64,000 nucleotides of DNA from Isurus oxyrinchus (GCA_026770705.1 JANJGN010000036.1:5642001-5706000); one strand, 5' to 3'. Positions 48,620 to 62,342 are shown, counted from the first letter of the stretch. Notes: a model not told the origin generated them from the letters alone. Made by a program: numbers and translations.

Positions 48620-51600
48620 ACATAGAAAATAGGAGCAAGGGTAGGTCATTCAGCCCTTCGAGTCAGCTCCGCCATTCAATATGCTCATCATGGCTGATCC
48701 TCTAACTCAACGTCATAATCCCGCTCTCTCCCCATTCCCCTTGACGCTGTTAGAGTCCAGAAATCTATCTATTTCCTTCTTAAATATATTCAGCGACTTG
48801 GCCTCCACAGCCTCTGTGGTAGAGAATCCCACAGCTTCACCACCCTCTGAGTGAAGAAGTTTCTCCTCATCTCAGTCCTAAATGTTCTACCCCGTATCCT
48901 GAGACTGTGACCCCTTGTTCTAGACCCCACCCCAGCCAGAGGAAACATCATCCCTGAACCCAGTCTGTCCATCCCTGTCAGAATTTTATATGTTTCAGTG
49001 AGATCCCCTCTCATTCTTCTAAACTCCAGTGAACACAGGCCTAGTCAGCCCAATCTCTCCTCACACGTCAATCCTGCCATCCCAGGAATCAGTCTGGTGA
49101 ACCTTCGCTGCCCTCCCTCTATGGTAACTATATCTTTTCTTGGGTACGGTGATTAAAACTGCACACAATTCTCCAGGTGTGGTCTCACCAAGGCCCTGTA
49201 CAGCTGCAGTAAGACATCCTCACTCCTGTACTCAAGTCCTCTCGCAATGAAGGCTAACATACTATTTACCTTCTTAACTGCTTGCTGCACCTGCATGTTT
49301 GCTTTCAGTGACTGGTGTACAGGGACACCCAGGTCACTTTGTACATCCACATTTCCCTGTCTATCACCACTTATATAATACTCTGCCATTCTGTTTTTCC
49401 TACCAAAGTGGATAAAGTCACACTTCTCTATGTTATTCTGCATCTGTCATTTGCCCACTCACTCAACCTGTCCTAATCGCCTTGAAGCCTCTTAACACCC
49501 TCCTCACCACTCACATTCCCATCTAGTTTTGTGTCGTCAGCAAACTTGGAACTATTACATTTGGTTCCCTCATCCAAATCGTTGATATATATTGTAAGAA
49601 GCTGGGGCCCAAGCAATGATCCCTGCGGTACCCCACTAGTCACCGCCTGTCACTCTGAAAAAGATTCATTTACTCTTCCTGTTGTTTCCAGTCTGCTAAC
49701 TAATTCTCAATCCATGCGAATATATTACCCCCAGACACATGTGCTTCAATTTTTCACACTAAGCTCTTATGTGGGACTTTATCAAAAGTTTTCTGAAAAT
49801 CCAAATACACCACATTTGTTATCCCGTCAGTCCCGTTCCCCTTTGACCGGGCTGTCCTGTCAGTCCCGTTCCCCTTTGACAGGACTGTCCCGTCAGTCCC
49901 GTTCCCCTTTGACAGGACTGTCCCGTCAGTCCCGTTCCCCTTTGACAGGGCTGTCCCGTCAGTCCCGTTCCCCTTTGACAGGGCTGTCCCGTCAGTCCCG
50001 TTCCCCTTTGACAGGACTGTCCCGTCAGTCCCGTTCCCCTTTGACAGGACTGTCCCGTCAGTCCCGTTCCCCTTTGACAGGGCTGTCCCGTCAGTCCCGT
50101 TCCCCTTTGACAGGGCTGTCCCGTCAGTCCCGTTCCCCTTTGACAGGACTGTCCCGTCAGTCCCGTTCCCCTTTGACAGGGCTGTCCCGTCAGTCCCGTT
50201 CCCCTTTGACAGGACTGTCCCGTCAGTCCCGTTCCCCTTTGACAGGGCTGTCCCGTCAGTCCCGTTCCCCTTTGACAGGGCTGTCCCGTCAGTCCCGTTC
50301 CCCTTTGACAGGACTGTCCCGTCAGTCCCGTTCCCCTTTGACAGGACTGTCCCGTCAGTCCCGTTCCCCTTTGACAGGACTGTCCCGTCAGTCCCGTTCC
50401 CCTTTGACAGGACTGTCCCGTCAGTCCCGTTCCCCTTTGACAGGACTGTCCCGTCAGTCCCGTTCCCCTTTGACAGGACTGTCCCGTCAGTCCCGTTCCC
50501 CTTTGACAGGACTGTCCCGTCAGTCCCGTTCCCCTTTGACAGGACTGTCCCGTCAGTCCCGTTCCCCTTTGACAGGACTGTCCCGTCAGTCCCGTTCCCC
50601 TTTGACAGGACTGTCCCGTCAGTCCCGTTCCCCTTTGACAGAGCTGTCCCGTCAGTCCCGTTCCCCTTTGACAGAGCTGTCCCGTCAGTCCCGTTCCCCT
50701 TTGACAGAGCTGTCCCGTCAGTCCCGTTCCCCTTTGACAGAGCTGTCCCGTCAGTCCCGTTCCCCTTTGACAGAGCTGTCCCGTCAGTCCCGTTCCCCTT
50801 TGACAGGACTGTCCCGTCAGTCCCGTTCCCCTTATCTCAGCCCTTATCTATTCTCCCAGTTATGTCCCCAAAAAACTCCAGTGGGTTTGTCAAACATGAT
50901 TTTCCTTTCATAAATTGATGTTGACTTTGTCTAATCCCCTTGACATTTTCTAAGTGTCCTGTTATCACATCCTTTGTAATAGATTGTAGCATTTTCCCTA
51001 CCACTGACGCTAGGCTAACTGGCCTATAATTCACTGTTCTCTCTCTCCCTCCTTTGTTAAATAGTGTGGTTACAGTTACCACCCTCCCACCTGCAGGGAC
51101 TGTTCCAGAATCTACAGAATTTCGGAAGATGACAACCAACACATCCACTATTTTCACGGCCACCTCCTTTAGTACCCTGGGATGTGGATTATCGGGCCCT
51201 GGGGATTTATCGGCTTTCAGTCCCATTAATTTCTCCAGCCCTCCTGTTTTAATATTACTAATTTCCTGCAATTCCTCCTGCTCACGAGACCCTTGGTTCC
51301 CTTGTATTTCTGGGGAGTTACTTGTGTCTTCCTCCATGAAGACAGAACTAAAGTAGCTGTTTAATTGCTCTGCCATTTCCTTGTTCTCTATTATAAATTC
51401 ACCCCCTTTGGACTGTAAGGGACCTATATTTGCGTTCACTGATCTTTCTTTTTACATAATTATAGAAGCTTTTACAGCATTTTCATGTTCCTTGCAAGTT
51501 TACTCTCCTCATACTCCATTTATCCCCTCTTAATCAATCTCTTGGTCCTCCTTTGCTGAATTCTAAGCAACTCCCAATCCTCAGGCTTGCTACTTTTTCT

Positions 51601-51745
51601 AGCAACTTTATACGACTCCTCTTTGGATCCAATATAATCCATAATTTCTTTTGTTAGCCATGGTTGGGCTGCTTTTCCTGATGTGTTTTTGTGCCAGAAA
51701 GGAACATTTAACTGTTGCAATATATACATTCGTTACTTAAATATT
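48620..51745 (-). mobile_element. CR1 LINE fragment (RT and 3' end), interrupted by a 33-bp minisatellite
   Basis: KADKSPGPD..HPRVLKE, NYRPVSLASVVGK, LYRALVRPHLE.CVQF, MRGDLTETYKIL. Confidence 0.9.
49822..50833. repeat. Highly homogeneous 33-bp minisatellite, ~30 copies
   Basis: Unit tcccgtcagtcccgttcccctttgacaggactg. Confidence 0.97.
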
Positions 51746-51924
51746 GGCCATTGTCAAGGGAGTGGAGCCAGCTAAATTTCTCTTGCAGAGAGCCGACAAG
51801 AACACGAGGGCCGAATGGCCACTTTCTGTGCTGTTACCATTGTATATTTTATAATTTTCAAAAAGTTGAATTAGATAACCCTTTTAAAAAGGAAAAAAAA
51901 ATGGGGGACTATGGGGAAAGAGCA

Positions 51925-52225
51925 GAGGAATGGGATTGACTGGATAGACCTGTCGAATGGGAATGGGTTTGACTGGATAACCCTTTTTGAAAGGGCAATG
52001 GGATTGACTGGATAACCCTTTTTGAAAGGGCAATGGGATTGACTGGATAACCCTTTTTGAAAGGGGAACGGGATTGACTGGATGGTCCTTTTGAAGGGCA
52101 ATGGGATTGACTGGATGACCCTTTCGAAGGGCAATGGGATTGACTGGATGGCCCTTTCAAACGGGAATGGGATTGACTGGATAGCTCTTTCCAAGGAGAA
52201 GGCGTTTGACTGGATGGCCCTTTGA
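51925..52225. repeat. ~35-37-bp tandem repeat derived from a CR1 3' tail
   Basis: Unit gggcaatgggattgactggataaccctttttgaaa. Confidence 0.85.
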
Positions 52226-52371
52226 AAGAAGCTGTCCAAGTCTGTGAGCCAGGTGAAGCATTCCTCCCCATGTGTGGCTTCACAAGAACACATTCTGGAA
52301 CTTAATTCTGTCTCTGCACTTTTAGTGCCTCTCTGCAACAGGTTAAAAACAAACATTAACCAAATAGTCTT

Positions 52372-53520
52372 TAGGTAGTGTCGAACTTGACTATTGCTGA
52401 AAAAGGACTCATACTGTCAAACCTTTTCATCTTGTGCTCATCAGGGCAGCGGGCCAGAAATACCAACAGTAAAGGGAACAACAATTTATACTGCATGAGA
52501 AGAGAGTGCCGATTGATTGGCAAGTGCACTGTGATTTGTAGAGATGTTGCCATGTGGAATGCAGCTGTGGAACAGTTAACTGCCAAGCTTTTGTTGAAAT
52601 TCAAATCATGCAGGACAACTCTGATTGCTCAAGGCATTGCCCTGGGGAATGAGCCAGGGAATGAATGTCTCCCCACCCCCAAGCTTTTGTTTAGTTGAAA
52701 AAGGTGCACTGTGTGGACATGCTCCTTCTGCCTGCAAAGGACAGGGCCCTGTGTGTGAATATATGTGGATTCTAGCACGTGTAAGTGAGCCACAATGCAA
52801 CTTGATTGATAAACTTGAATTGGTTGTCAGTGTAATTCTTAGCACACTCAGGATTGTTTAGCAAGTGCTGTCCAATTGTGCAATCACATCGAATGTTGGA
52901 CACTATGTTTTGAGTTTTGCAAGCACGGGTTGGTTGGGTATGGTTTGTACCTCGCCTGTTGCGAATAGCCAAAGCGTTGTGCTGTTTGATACGATCCACC
53001 AGCCATTGGGACGTATGGCGTACATACCGGGCGTCATACTGGCACTCAAATTCATATACCACATTATTCATTTGTGTCATAGGCATTGTGTCTTTTTGGC
53101 TTGAAGGCAGCATCCATTAGTGGAGGACACCACTCGTGTTGCTACAGCATAGTAGCAACGTGAATCAGCTAGCTTCATCTGTTGCTCAAAGTTTTGAGAC
53201 ACCTTGCCCTTCCGGGGCAACCTGAGGCAGACTGGGCACTTCTCAGGACCAAAAGTGATGGCCTTATGCCCGCTCATGAGGATGTGCGAAACACAGCGAG
53301 GCAACGGCCTGATCGAGGTAGCCGTCATCTTGCAGAATGGCTTTGATGCGCCCTAGTTCGCTATCAAGCTTTCACAGTGAGCAAATGACCTGGGCCGTGT
53401 TTACAAGGTGGCTGATCGGGCCAACCTTCTAGCGCGTGAAACCAAAAGGATCCGAGGTGTGTATTGACCAGTGAAGGTAAGCTTGCTGGTAGAGAACCCG
53501 TATTAACCAGTTAATTTTCT
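52372..53520 (-). mobile_element. Second Penelope-like family (GIY-YIG remnant); solo terminal fragment at 11280-11483 (+)
   Basis: NNVVYEFECQYDARYVRHTSQWLVDRIKQH...IGQHLLNN; the 3' 200 bp align with 11281-11483. Confidence 0.85.
52414..52449 (-). ncRNA. Degenerate minimal hammerhead motif
   Basis: CUGCC-CUGAUGA-GCAcaaGAU-GAAA-AGGU-UU-GACAG; stem II is disrupted. Confidence 0.55.
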
Positions 53521-54609
53521 CCTAACCAATATGATCAAACACCGATCATCGAGTCATCAAGCTTATTACTGTTGAGCGGGACCTTGGTGTGTGAAATAGG
53601 TTCTTGTGTTTGCTTACAAAGGCGGTTAAAATAATTTGTTGTTCGTAGAACACTTTGTTTCTAAGAGATGTGATAAGAAGCATGGCATGAACATTTGATT
53701 AAGCTGTGTTAAACAGGTAGTAAGCCTGTAGTAAGGTTTCGCTGTCGCACCTCTGAATACACCAGAGTGAGCTATAAATGGCAGATAGCGGGAATTCATT
53801 CTGAATACTCGAAAACAAGTAATTTTACTTCTCCAGCGCTCATAGGGTAAGAAGACAAATGTACAGTCGCTTCGCAGACTGTGCTGCAGTCAGATTCTGG
53901 GAGATCGACGAGAACAGAGGGCAGGCAGGAACCCTCGTCGTAGGCCTCGGCCTGTCGGAGGTGTACCAGAGCCGGCTGGGGAGGCCGTGCGCTTATGTAA
54001 AAAGGGGGATAAACGGCTGAAATAAAAAAATCAAACTGTTGGAAACGCGCAAGGGAAACTTTCCTTTAAAACCCTAGTGTTCTGACAGGAAATCCATGTT
54101 CAGAATATTGTCCCATCTTTTCTCCTTTATAAATGGTTGCTTGACCTATTTGTCCTTTTTTTTAATGAATTCATGGGATGTGGGCGTCGCTGGCTAACCT
54201 GGTATTTATTGCCTGTCTCTAGTTTGTTCCTGAGAAGATGATTAAGCCACCTATTATCCTTGTGAGGAAGGTGCACCCACAGTGGTTTGAGGTAGGGAAT
54301 TCCGGGATTGTGGCCCATCGTTTCTCACTTCCTTCCTCTGCTCCTGTTGGGAAGCGCTTGGACTTCCATCCGGAGGCAGAGCTACAGGAGAGGGATGCAG
54401 CCCGTGGTGGGAATTGTATGTCTCCAAGTGCCACTTTCCCGTTACAGTATACAGTGTGCTAGCTACATTCCCACAGTGATGACTCTACAAAAGCACTTCA
54501 TGGCGATGAACCACATTGGGGGTACCCTGAGGTGGTGAAAGGCAGAAATGCAAACTCAGTGCTCCGTGAGAGAGCTGGCTTTAACTGCACCCCCCCCTTC
54601 CTTTTCCAG

Positions 54610-54686
54610 ATATTTTACCCGGAAACCACAGATATCTACGACAAGAAGAACATCCCCCGTGTCGTTTATTGCATTCATGCTTTCAG
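54610..54686 (+). CDS. IQGAP3: IQGAP3 exon 5 (IFYPETTDIYDKKNIPRVVYCIHAFS)
   Basis: cttttccag| acceptor and |gtacgc donor; CH-domain motif. Confidence 0.95.
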
Positions 54687-54964
54687 GTACGCTCCTTTCA
54701 GCATAATCCCTCTCATTCCGTTCGTGCTAGTCAATGTCCTGTGGTGTTCCACATGCTGCGCCTGGTGATGTGCAGCTTAGAAGAATTTGCTCCCTATTTC
54801 TGTAACTCCCCCCCCAACAACCCTCGGAGATCTCTGCCGTTCCTCCAAGTCCGGCCGCTTGCGGGTCCCCTGATTTCCACTGTGCCACCTTTGGCGGCCA
54901 TGGCTTAAGCTGCCTGAGCCCCAGGCTCTGGAATTCCCACCGTAAACCTCACTGGCTCATTTGC

Positions 54965-57900
54965 GCTCGCTTTCTCTCTCTCACACACACTTTTTCTTGC
55001 CTGCTCACTTTCTCCGTCTCTCTCTCTCTCTCCCTCTCTCGGTCTGTCTGTCTGGCTNNNNNNNNNNNNNNNNNNNNNNNNNNNNNNNNNNNNNNNNNNN
55101 NNNNNNNNNNNNNNNNNNNNNNNNNNNNNNNNNNNNNNNNNNNNNNNNNNNNNNNNNNNNNNNNNNNNNNNNNNNNNNNNNNNNNNNNNNNNNNNNNNNN
55201 NNNNNNNNNNNNNNNNNNNNNNNNNNNNNNNNNNNNNNNNNNNNNNNNNNNNNNNNNNNNNNNNNNNNNNNNNNNNNNNNNNNNNNNNNNNNNNNNNNNN
55301 NNNNNNNNNNNNNNNNNNNNNNNNNNNNNNNNNNNNNNNNNNNNNNNNNNNNNNNNNNNNNNNNNNNNNNNNNNNNNNNNNNNNNNNNNNNNNNNNNNNN
55401 NNNNNNNNNNNNNNNNNNNNNNNNNNNNNNNNNNNNNNNNNNNNNNNNNNNNNNNNNNNNNNNNNNNNNNNNNNNNNNNNNNNNNNNNNNNNNNNNNNNN
55501 NNNNNNNNNNNNNNNNNNNNNNNNNNNNNNNNNNNNNNNNNNNNNNNNNNNNNNNNNNNNNNNNNNNNNNNNNNNNNNNNNNNNNNNNNNNNNNNNNNNN
55601 NNNNNNNNNNNNNNNNNNNGTGTGTGTCTCTCTCTCGCTCTGTGTGTGTCTCTCTCTCGCTCTGTGTGTGTCTCTCTCTCGCTCTGTGTGTGTCTCTCTC
55701 TCGCTCTGTGTGTGTCTCTCTCTCGCTCTGTGTGTGTCTCTCTCTCGCTCTGTGTGTGTCTCTCTCTCGCTCTGTGTNNNNNNNNNNNNNNNNNNNNNNN
55801 NNNNNNNNNNNNNNNNNNNNNNNNNNNNNNNNNNNNNNNNNNNNNNNNNNNNNNNNNNNNNNNNNNNNNNNNNNNNNNNNNNNNNNNNNNNNNNNNNNNN
55901 NNNNNNNNNNNNNNNNNNNNNNNNNNNNNNNNNNNNNNNNNNNNNNNNNNNNNNNNNNNNNNNNNNNNNNNNNNNNNNNNNNNNNNNNNNNNNNNNNNNN
56001 NNNNNNNNNNNNNNNNNNNNNNNNNNNNNNNNNNNNNNNNNNNNNNNNNNNNNNNNNNNNNNNNNNNNNNNNNNNNNNNNNNNNNNNNNNNNNNNNNNNN
56101 NNNNNNNNNNNNNNNNNNNNNNNNNNNNNNNNNNNNNNNNNNNNNNNNNNNNNNNNNNNNNNNNNNNNNNNNNNNNNNNNNNNNNNNNNNNNNNNNNNNN
56201 NNNNNNNNNNNNNNNNNNNNNNNNNNNNNNNNNNNNNNNNNNNNNNNNNNNNNNNNNNNNNNNNNNNNNNNNNNNNNNNNNNNNNNNNNCTCTGTGTGTG
56301 TNNNNNNNNNNNNNNNNNNNNNNNNNNNNNNNNNNNNNNNNNNNNNNNNNNNNNNNNNNNNNNNNNNNNNNNNNNNNNNNNNNNNNNNNNNNNNNNNNNN
56401 NNNNNNNNNNNNNNNNNNNNNNNNNNNNNNNNNNNNNNNNNNNNNNNNNNNNNNNNNNNNNNNNNNNNNNNNNNNNNNNNNNNNNNNNNNNNNNNNNNNN
56501 NNNNNNNNNNNNNNNNNNNNNNNNNNNNNNNNNNNNNNNNNNNNNNNNNNNNNNNNNNNNNNNNNNNNNNNNNNNNNNNNNNNNNNNNNNNNNNNNNNNN
56601 NNNNNNNNNNNNNNNNNNNNNNNNNNNNNNNNNNNNNNNNNNNNNNNNNNNNNNNNNNNNNNNNNNNNNNNNNNNNNNNNNNNNNNNNNNNNNNNNNNNN
56701 NNNNNNNNNNNNNNNNNNNNNNNNNNNNNNNNNNNNNNNNNNNNNNNNNNNNNNNNNNNNNNNNNNNNNNNNNNNNNNNNNNNNNNNNNNNNNNNNNNNN
56801 NNNNNNNNNNNNNNNNNNNNNNNNNNNNNNNNNNNNNNNNNNNNNNNNNNNNNNNNNNNNNNNNNNNNNNNNNNNNNNNNNNNNNNNNNNNNNNNNNNNN
56901 NNNNNNNNNNNNNNNNNNNNNNNNNNNNNNNNNNNNNNNNNNNNNNNNNNNNNNNNNNNNNNNNNNNNNNNNNNNNNNNNNNNNNNNNNNNNNNNNNNNN
57001 NNNNNNNNNNNNNNNNNNNNNNNNNNNNNNNNNNNNNNNNNNNNNNNNNNNNNNNNNNNNNNNNNNNNNNNNNNNNNNNNNNNNNNNNNNNNNNNNNNNN
57101 NNNNNNNNNNNNNNNNNNNNNCTCTGTGTGTGAGTCTCCCGCTCGCTCGCTCTGTGTGTGAGTCTCCCGCTCGCTCGCTCTGTGTGTGAGTCTCCCGCTC
57201 GCTCGCTCTGTGTGTGAGTCTCCCGCTCGCTCGCTCTGTGTGTGAGTCTCCCGCTCGCTCGCTCTGTGTGTGAGTCTCCCCGCTCGCTCGCTCTGTGTGT
57301 GAGTCTCCCGCTCGCTCGCTCTGTGTGTGAGTCTCCCGCTCGCTCGCTCTGTGTGTGAGTCTCCCGCTCGCTCGCTCTGTGTGTGAGTCTCCCGCTCGCT
57401 CGCTCTGTGTGTGAGTCTCCCGCTCGCTCGCTCTGTGTGTGAGTCTCCCCGCTCGCTCGCTCTGTGTGTGAGTCTCCCGCTCGCTCGCTCTGTGTGTGAG
57501 TCTCCCGCTCGCTCGCTCTGTGTGTGAGTCTCCCGCTCGCTCGCTCTGTGTGTGAGGTCTCCCGCTCGCTCGCTCTGTGTGTGAGTCTCCCGCTCGCTCG
57601 CTCTGTGTGTGAGTCTCCCGCTCGCTCGCTCTGTGTGTGAGTCTCCCGCTCGCTCGCTCTGTGTGTGAGTCTCCCGCTCGCTCGCTCTGTGTGTGAGTCT
57701 CCCGCTCGCTCGCTCTGTGTGTGAGTCTCCCGCTCGCTCGCTCTGTGTGTGAGTCTCCCGCTCGCTCGCTCTGTGTGTGAGTCTCCCGCTCGCCTCGCTC
57801 TGTGTGTGAGGTCTCCCGCTCGCTCGCTCTGTGTGTGAGTCTCCCGCTCGGCTCGCTCGTGTGTGAGTCTCCCGCTCGCTCGCTCTGTGTGTGAGTCTCC

Positions 57901-59958
57901 CGCTCGCTCGCTCTGTGTGTGAGTCTCCCGCTCGCTCGCTCTGTGTGTGAGTCTCCCGCTCGCTCGCTCTGTGTGTGAGTCTCCCGCTCGCTCGCTCTGT
58001 GTGTGAGCTCCTCCTCGCTCGCTCGATCTGTGCGTGAGTCTCCCGCTCGCACTCGCGCTGTGCGTGAGTCTCCCGCTCGCTCGCGCTGTGCGTGAGTCTC
58101 CCCCGCTCGCTCGCGCTGTGCGTGAGTCTCCCGCTCGCTCGCGCTGTGCGTGAGTCTCCCGCTCGCTCGCGCGCTGTGCGTGAGTCTCCCGCTCGCTCGC
58201 GCTCGTGCGTGAGTCTCCCGCTCGCTGTCGCTCGTGCGTGAGTCTCCCGCTCGCTCGCCTCCGTGCGTGAGTCTCCCGCTCGCTCGCTCCGTGCGTGAGT
58301 CTCCCGCTCGCTCGGCTCCCGTGCGTGAGTCTCCCGCTCGCTCGCTCCGTGCGTGAGTCTCCCGCTCGCTCGCCTCCGTGCGTGAGTCTCCCGCTCGCTC
58401 GCTCCGTGCGTGAGTCTCCCGCTCGCTCGCTCCGTGCGTGAGTCTCCCGCTCGCTCGCTCCGTGCGTGAGTCTCCCCGCTCGCATCGCTTCCGTGCGTGA
58501 GTCTCCCGCTCGCTCGCTCCGTGCGTGAGTCTCCCGCTCGCTCGCGTCCGTGCGTGAGTCTCCCGCTCGCCTCGCTCCGTGCGTGAGTCTCCCGCTCGCT
58601 CGCTCCGTGCGTGAGTCTCCCGCCTCGCTCGCTCCGTGCGTGAGTCTCCCGCTCGCTCGCTCCGTGCGTGAGTCTCCCCGCTCGCTCGCTCCGTGCGTGA
58701 GTCTCCGCTCGCCGGCGGAGTCTCCCGCTCGCTCGCTCGTGCGTGAGTCTCCCGCTCGCTCGCTCCGTGCGTGAGTCTCCCGCTCGCTCGCTCCGTGCGT
58801 GAGTCTCCCGCTCGCTCGCTCCGTGCGTGAGTCTCCCGCTCGCTCGCTCCGTGCGTGAGTCTCCCGCTCGCTCGCTCCGTGCGTGAGTCTCCGCTCGCTC
58901 GCTCCGTGCGTGAGTCTCCCGCTCGCTCGCTCCGTGCGTGAGTCTCCCGCTCGCTCGCTCCGTGCGTGAGTCTCCCGCCTCGCCTCGCTCCGTGCGTGAG
59001 TCCTCCCGCTCGTCGCTCCGTGCGTGAGTCTCCCGCTCGCTCGCTCCGTGCGTGAGTCTCCCGCTCGCCTCGCTCCGTGCGTGAGTCTCCCGCTCGCTCG
59101 CCTCCGTGCGCGTGTGTCTCCCGCTCGCTCGCTCCGTGCGCGTGTGTCTCCCGCTCGCTCGCTCCGTGCGCGTGTGTCTCCCGCTCGCTCGCTCCGTGCG
59201 CGTGTGTCTCCCGCTCGCTCGCTCCGTGCGCGTGTGTCTCCCGCTCGCCTCGCTCCGTGAGCGTGTGTCCCCCCGCTCGCTCGCTTCCGTGCGTGTGTCT
59301 CCCGCTCGCTCGCTCCGTGCGCGTGTGTCTCCCGCTCGCTCGCTCCGTGCGCGTGTGTCCCCCGCTCGCCTCGCTTCCGTGCGCGTGTGTCTCCCGCTCG
59401 CTCGCTCCGTGCGCGTCGTGTCTCCCGCTCGCTCGCTCCGTGCGCGTGTGTCTCCCGCTCGCTCGCTCCGTGCGCGTGTGTCTCCCGCTCGCTCGCTCCG
59501 TGCGCGTGTGTCTCCCGCTCGCTCGCTTCCGGTGCGCGTGTGTCTCCCGCTCGCTCGCTCCGGGTGCGCGTGTGTCTCCCGCTCGCTCGCACTCCGTGCG
59601 CGTGTGTCTCCCGCTCGCTCGCTCCGTGCGCGTGTGTCTCCCGCTCGCTCGCTCGCTCCGTGCCGCGGTGTGTCTCCCGCTCGCTCGCTCCGTGCGCGTG
59701 TGTCTCCCGCTCGCTCGCTCCGTGCGCGTGTGTCTCCCGCTCGCTCGCTCCGTGCGCGTGTGTCTCCCGCTCGCTTCGCTCCGTGCGGCCGTGTGTCTCC
59801 CGCTCGCTCGCTCCGTGCGCGTGTGTCTCCCGCTTCGCTCGCTCCTGTGCGCGGTGTGTCTCCCGCTCGCTCGCTCCGTGCGCGTGTGTGTGAGTGTCTC
59901 CCGCTCGCTCGCCTCCGTGCGCGTGTGTGTGAGTGTCTCCCGCTCGCTCGCTCTTTCT
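54965..59958. repeat. CT/GT-derived minisatellite (22-, 28- and 30-bp units) with N gaps at 55058-55619, 55778-56289 and 56302-57121
   Basis: Units gtgtgtgtctctctctcgctct, then ctctgtgtgtgagtctcccgctcgctcg, then ctccgtgcgcgtgtgtctcccgctcgctcg. Confidence 0.95.
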
Positions 59959-60674
59959 CTTGGGTTAATTTCCCATGATAAAGGTGCCGAATAAATCCGA
60001 GCTGCTGACTGAGTGTTCCACCACCCTGTTAATTGTTGGAGTCTCGCTGCAACCGAGTGCATGCTTTCAGTTGGTTATTAAAAGCGGCTGCCCCCCCCCA
60101 GTTGAGGAAAGATGAAGGAATCATCGGGGAGAGTATAAAGGCCGGTTCACTCTGGGTTTTCGGGGGAGGGAGTGGAATCTGTGCCATCATTTTGTCACTT
60201 TGGAAATAAATCTGGCTTAAGGAAAAGACTGTCTTCAGATTCATCCTCTCCCCAGTGTATGATTAATGAAAGTAACACAAGTGCCGTGCAGTGTGTGCTG
60301 CTTAACCGCTGCTGGGTCTCTTTAAAACCACAAAGTCTACTTAAATAAGCAGAGCCTTGGATAGTTGAGAGACAAGTGTGGAAAACGCTTTGGGGATTAC
60401 AGTCAGCAGAGGCGGTTCCCGAGTGGCACCATTTCAGACCTGTGTTTGCACCAATAGAGTACTCTTGTTAAAATAAAATTTGATGTAAAGATTAGTTACT
60501 GTGTCTGATTTCCTCCTTCCACTGATCCACCTGCCGCCCCCTTCTCGATCTCGCGAGCAGCTTCCTAAAACTCGCAGCTTTGCCTCGAGAGAGAGAAAAC
60601 GGCAAAAAACCTTCCCTTCGGTGCTCCTGTCGGAATTTGAACTTTGCATTTTTTTGTTTTGGTCCCTTTTGCAG

Positions 60675-60742
60675 CCTCTACTTGTTCAAACTGGGTCTAG
60701 CTCCGCAGATACAGGACCTGTACGGCAAGGTGAATTTTACAG
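60675..60742 (+). CDS. IQGAP3: IQGAP3 exon 6 (LYLFKLGLAPQIQDLYGKVNFT)
   Basis: cttttgcag| acceptor and |gtaagg donor; phases compatible. Confidence 0.95.
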
Positions 60743-62342
60743 GTAAGGTCAGGCGAGGTGGGGTGTGTTCTCTGTCACCTGGCGTTTACCCTGTCCGACC
60801 CAGGAGCAGTTGGAGGCGGGCTGGCTTTTTTTTTTTTTCCTCTCTTGTTTCTGGCCAACCGGTCACCCTCGCGAGCGGCGTCAAAGCGCACGTACCCGTC
60901 TCGTTGCTGTGGGCTGGAGTTAGCCGCGCACGGATTGGCTGCTGCGTTTCCTGCGCTGCAGCAGCACCAGTAGCAGCGACCCTCCCCCCCCCCCCCCCCC
61001 CCCAGCCATGCGCTTCATCGGCCGCGAGGCGCTTTGGGAAGTCCCGACAGGACTCTCGGGGCAGGAGCTGTTTCATTGCAGGTCCTTTCCGGCTTTCCCC
61101 AGGATCCACAGGGGTTGGCCGCCGTCTCCTGGGCACCCTTGCTCAGAGGATAACTGTTCAGTGACCGGGAGGTTGGCATCTTCCTCGACTGATATCGGCA
61201 GGAGTGCATGAGCAGTGGTCAGCAGGAGCCTTGGCTGTTTCTGACTCCGCCCCCTAATCTAGGCGCTGAGACTAACTGAGAGACGCATTTAAAAAAAAAA
61301 AATTCATTCTTGGAATACGTGCAAGCCTGGAATTTACTGCCCCCCTCCGAATTGGCCCTCGAAATTTTCTCCCTTTTTTTTGAACAGCTGTAGTCCGTGT
61401 GGCGTAGCTATACCCACAGCGCTGTTGGGGAGAGAGTTCAGGATTTTGACCCAGCGGCGATGAAGAACAGGCCAATTATATCTCCAAGTGAGGTTGATGT
61501 ATGCAGTTTAGAGGAGGACTGGAAGGTGATTGCACTGGATGGCGTGGCAGAGGAGATTCACCAGGATGTTGCCTGGGGATGAAACGTTTAAGTTACGAGG
61601 AGAGGTTGGATAGACTTGGGTTGTTTTCGTTGGAGCAGAGAAGACTGAGGGGTGTGACCTGATCGAGGTGTACAAGATTATGAGGGGCATGGACAGGGTG
61701 GAGAGGGAGCAGCTGTTCCCCTTAGTTGCAGGGTCAGTCACGAGGGGACACAAGTTCCAAGATGAGTGGCAGGAGGTTTAGGGGGGATATGAGGAAAAAC
61801 CTTTTTACCCAGAGGGTGGTGAGGGTCTGGAATGCACTGCCTAGGAGGGTGGTGGAGGTGGGTTAGCCTCACATCCTTTAAAAAGTACCTGGATGAGCAC
61901 TTGGCATGGTCATAACATTCAAGGCTATGGGCCGAGTGCTGGTCATTGGGATTAGGGAGGTAGGTCAGGTGTTTCTCACGTGTCGGTGCAGACTCGATGG
62001 GCCGAAGGGCCTCTTCTGCTCTGTGATTCTGTGATTCAGATGGTGTTCCCACACTCCCTTCCACCCCCTTCCGCTTAGTTGGTGAAGGTTGCAGGTTTGG
62101 GAAGCTGCTGCCAAAGAAGCCTTGGCAGGCATGCTTGCCGTGCGTCCTGTAAATTGAGCACAGTGCTGGCACTGTGCATTGGTGGGAGGGGGGGAGGGAG
62201 TGTATGTTTAAGGTGGTGGACGTGTGCCTATCGAGCGGAGGCCGCTTTATCCTGGATGGGCGCTAAGCTTCTTGAGTGTTGTTGGGGCCCGCGTTCAAAT
62301 TCTAATTGGTTTGCTTCGTTCTGCTGGCGTCTGCCCTTACAG

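Noticed and set aside
54949-60062. 1500-1700 aa ORFs
   Set aside because: Repeat translations running through N gaps.
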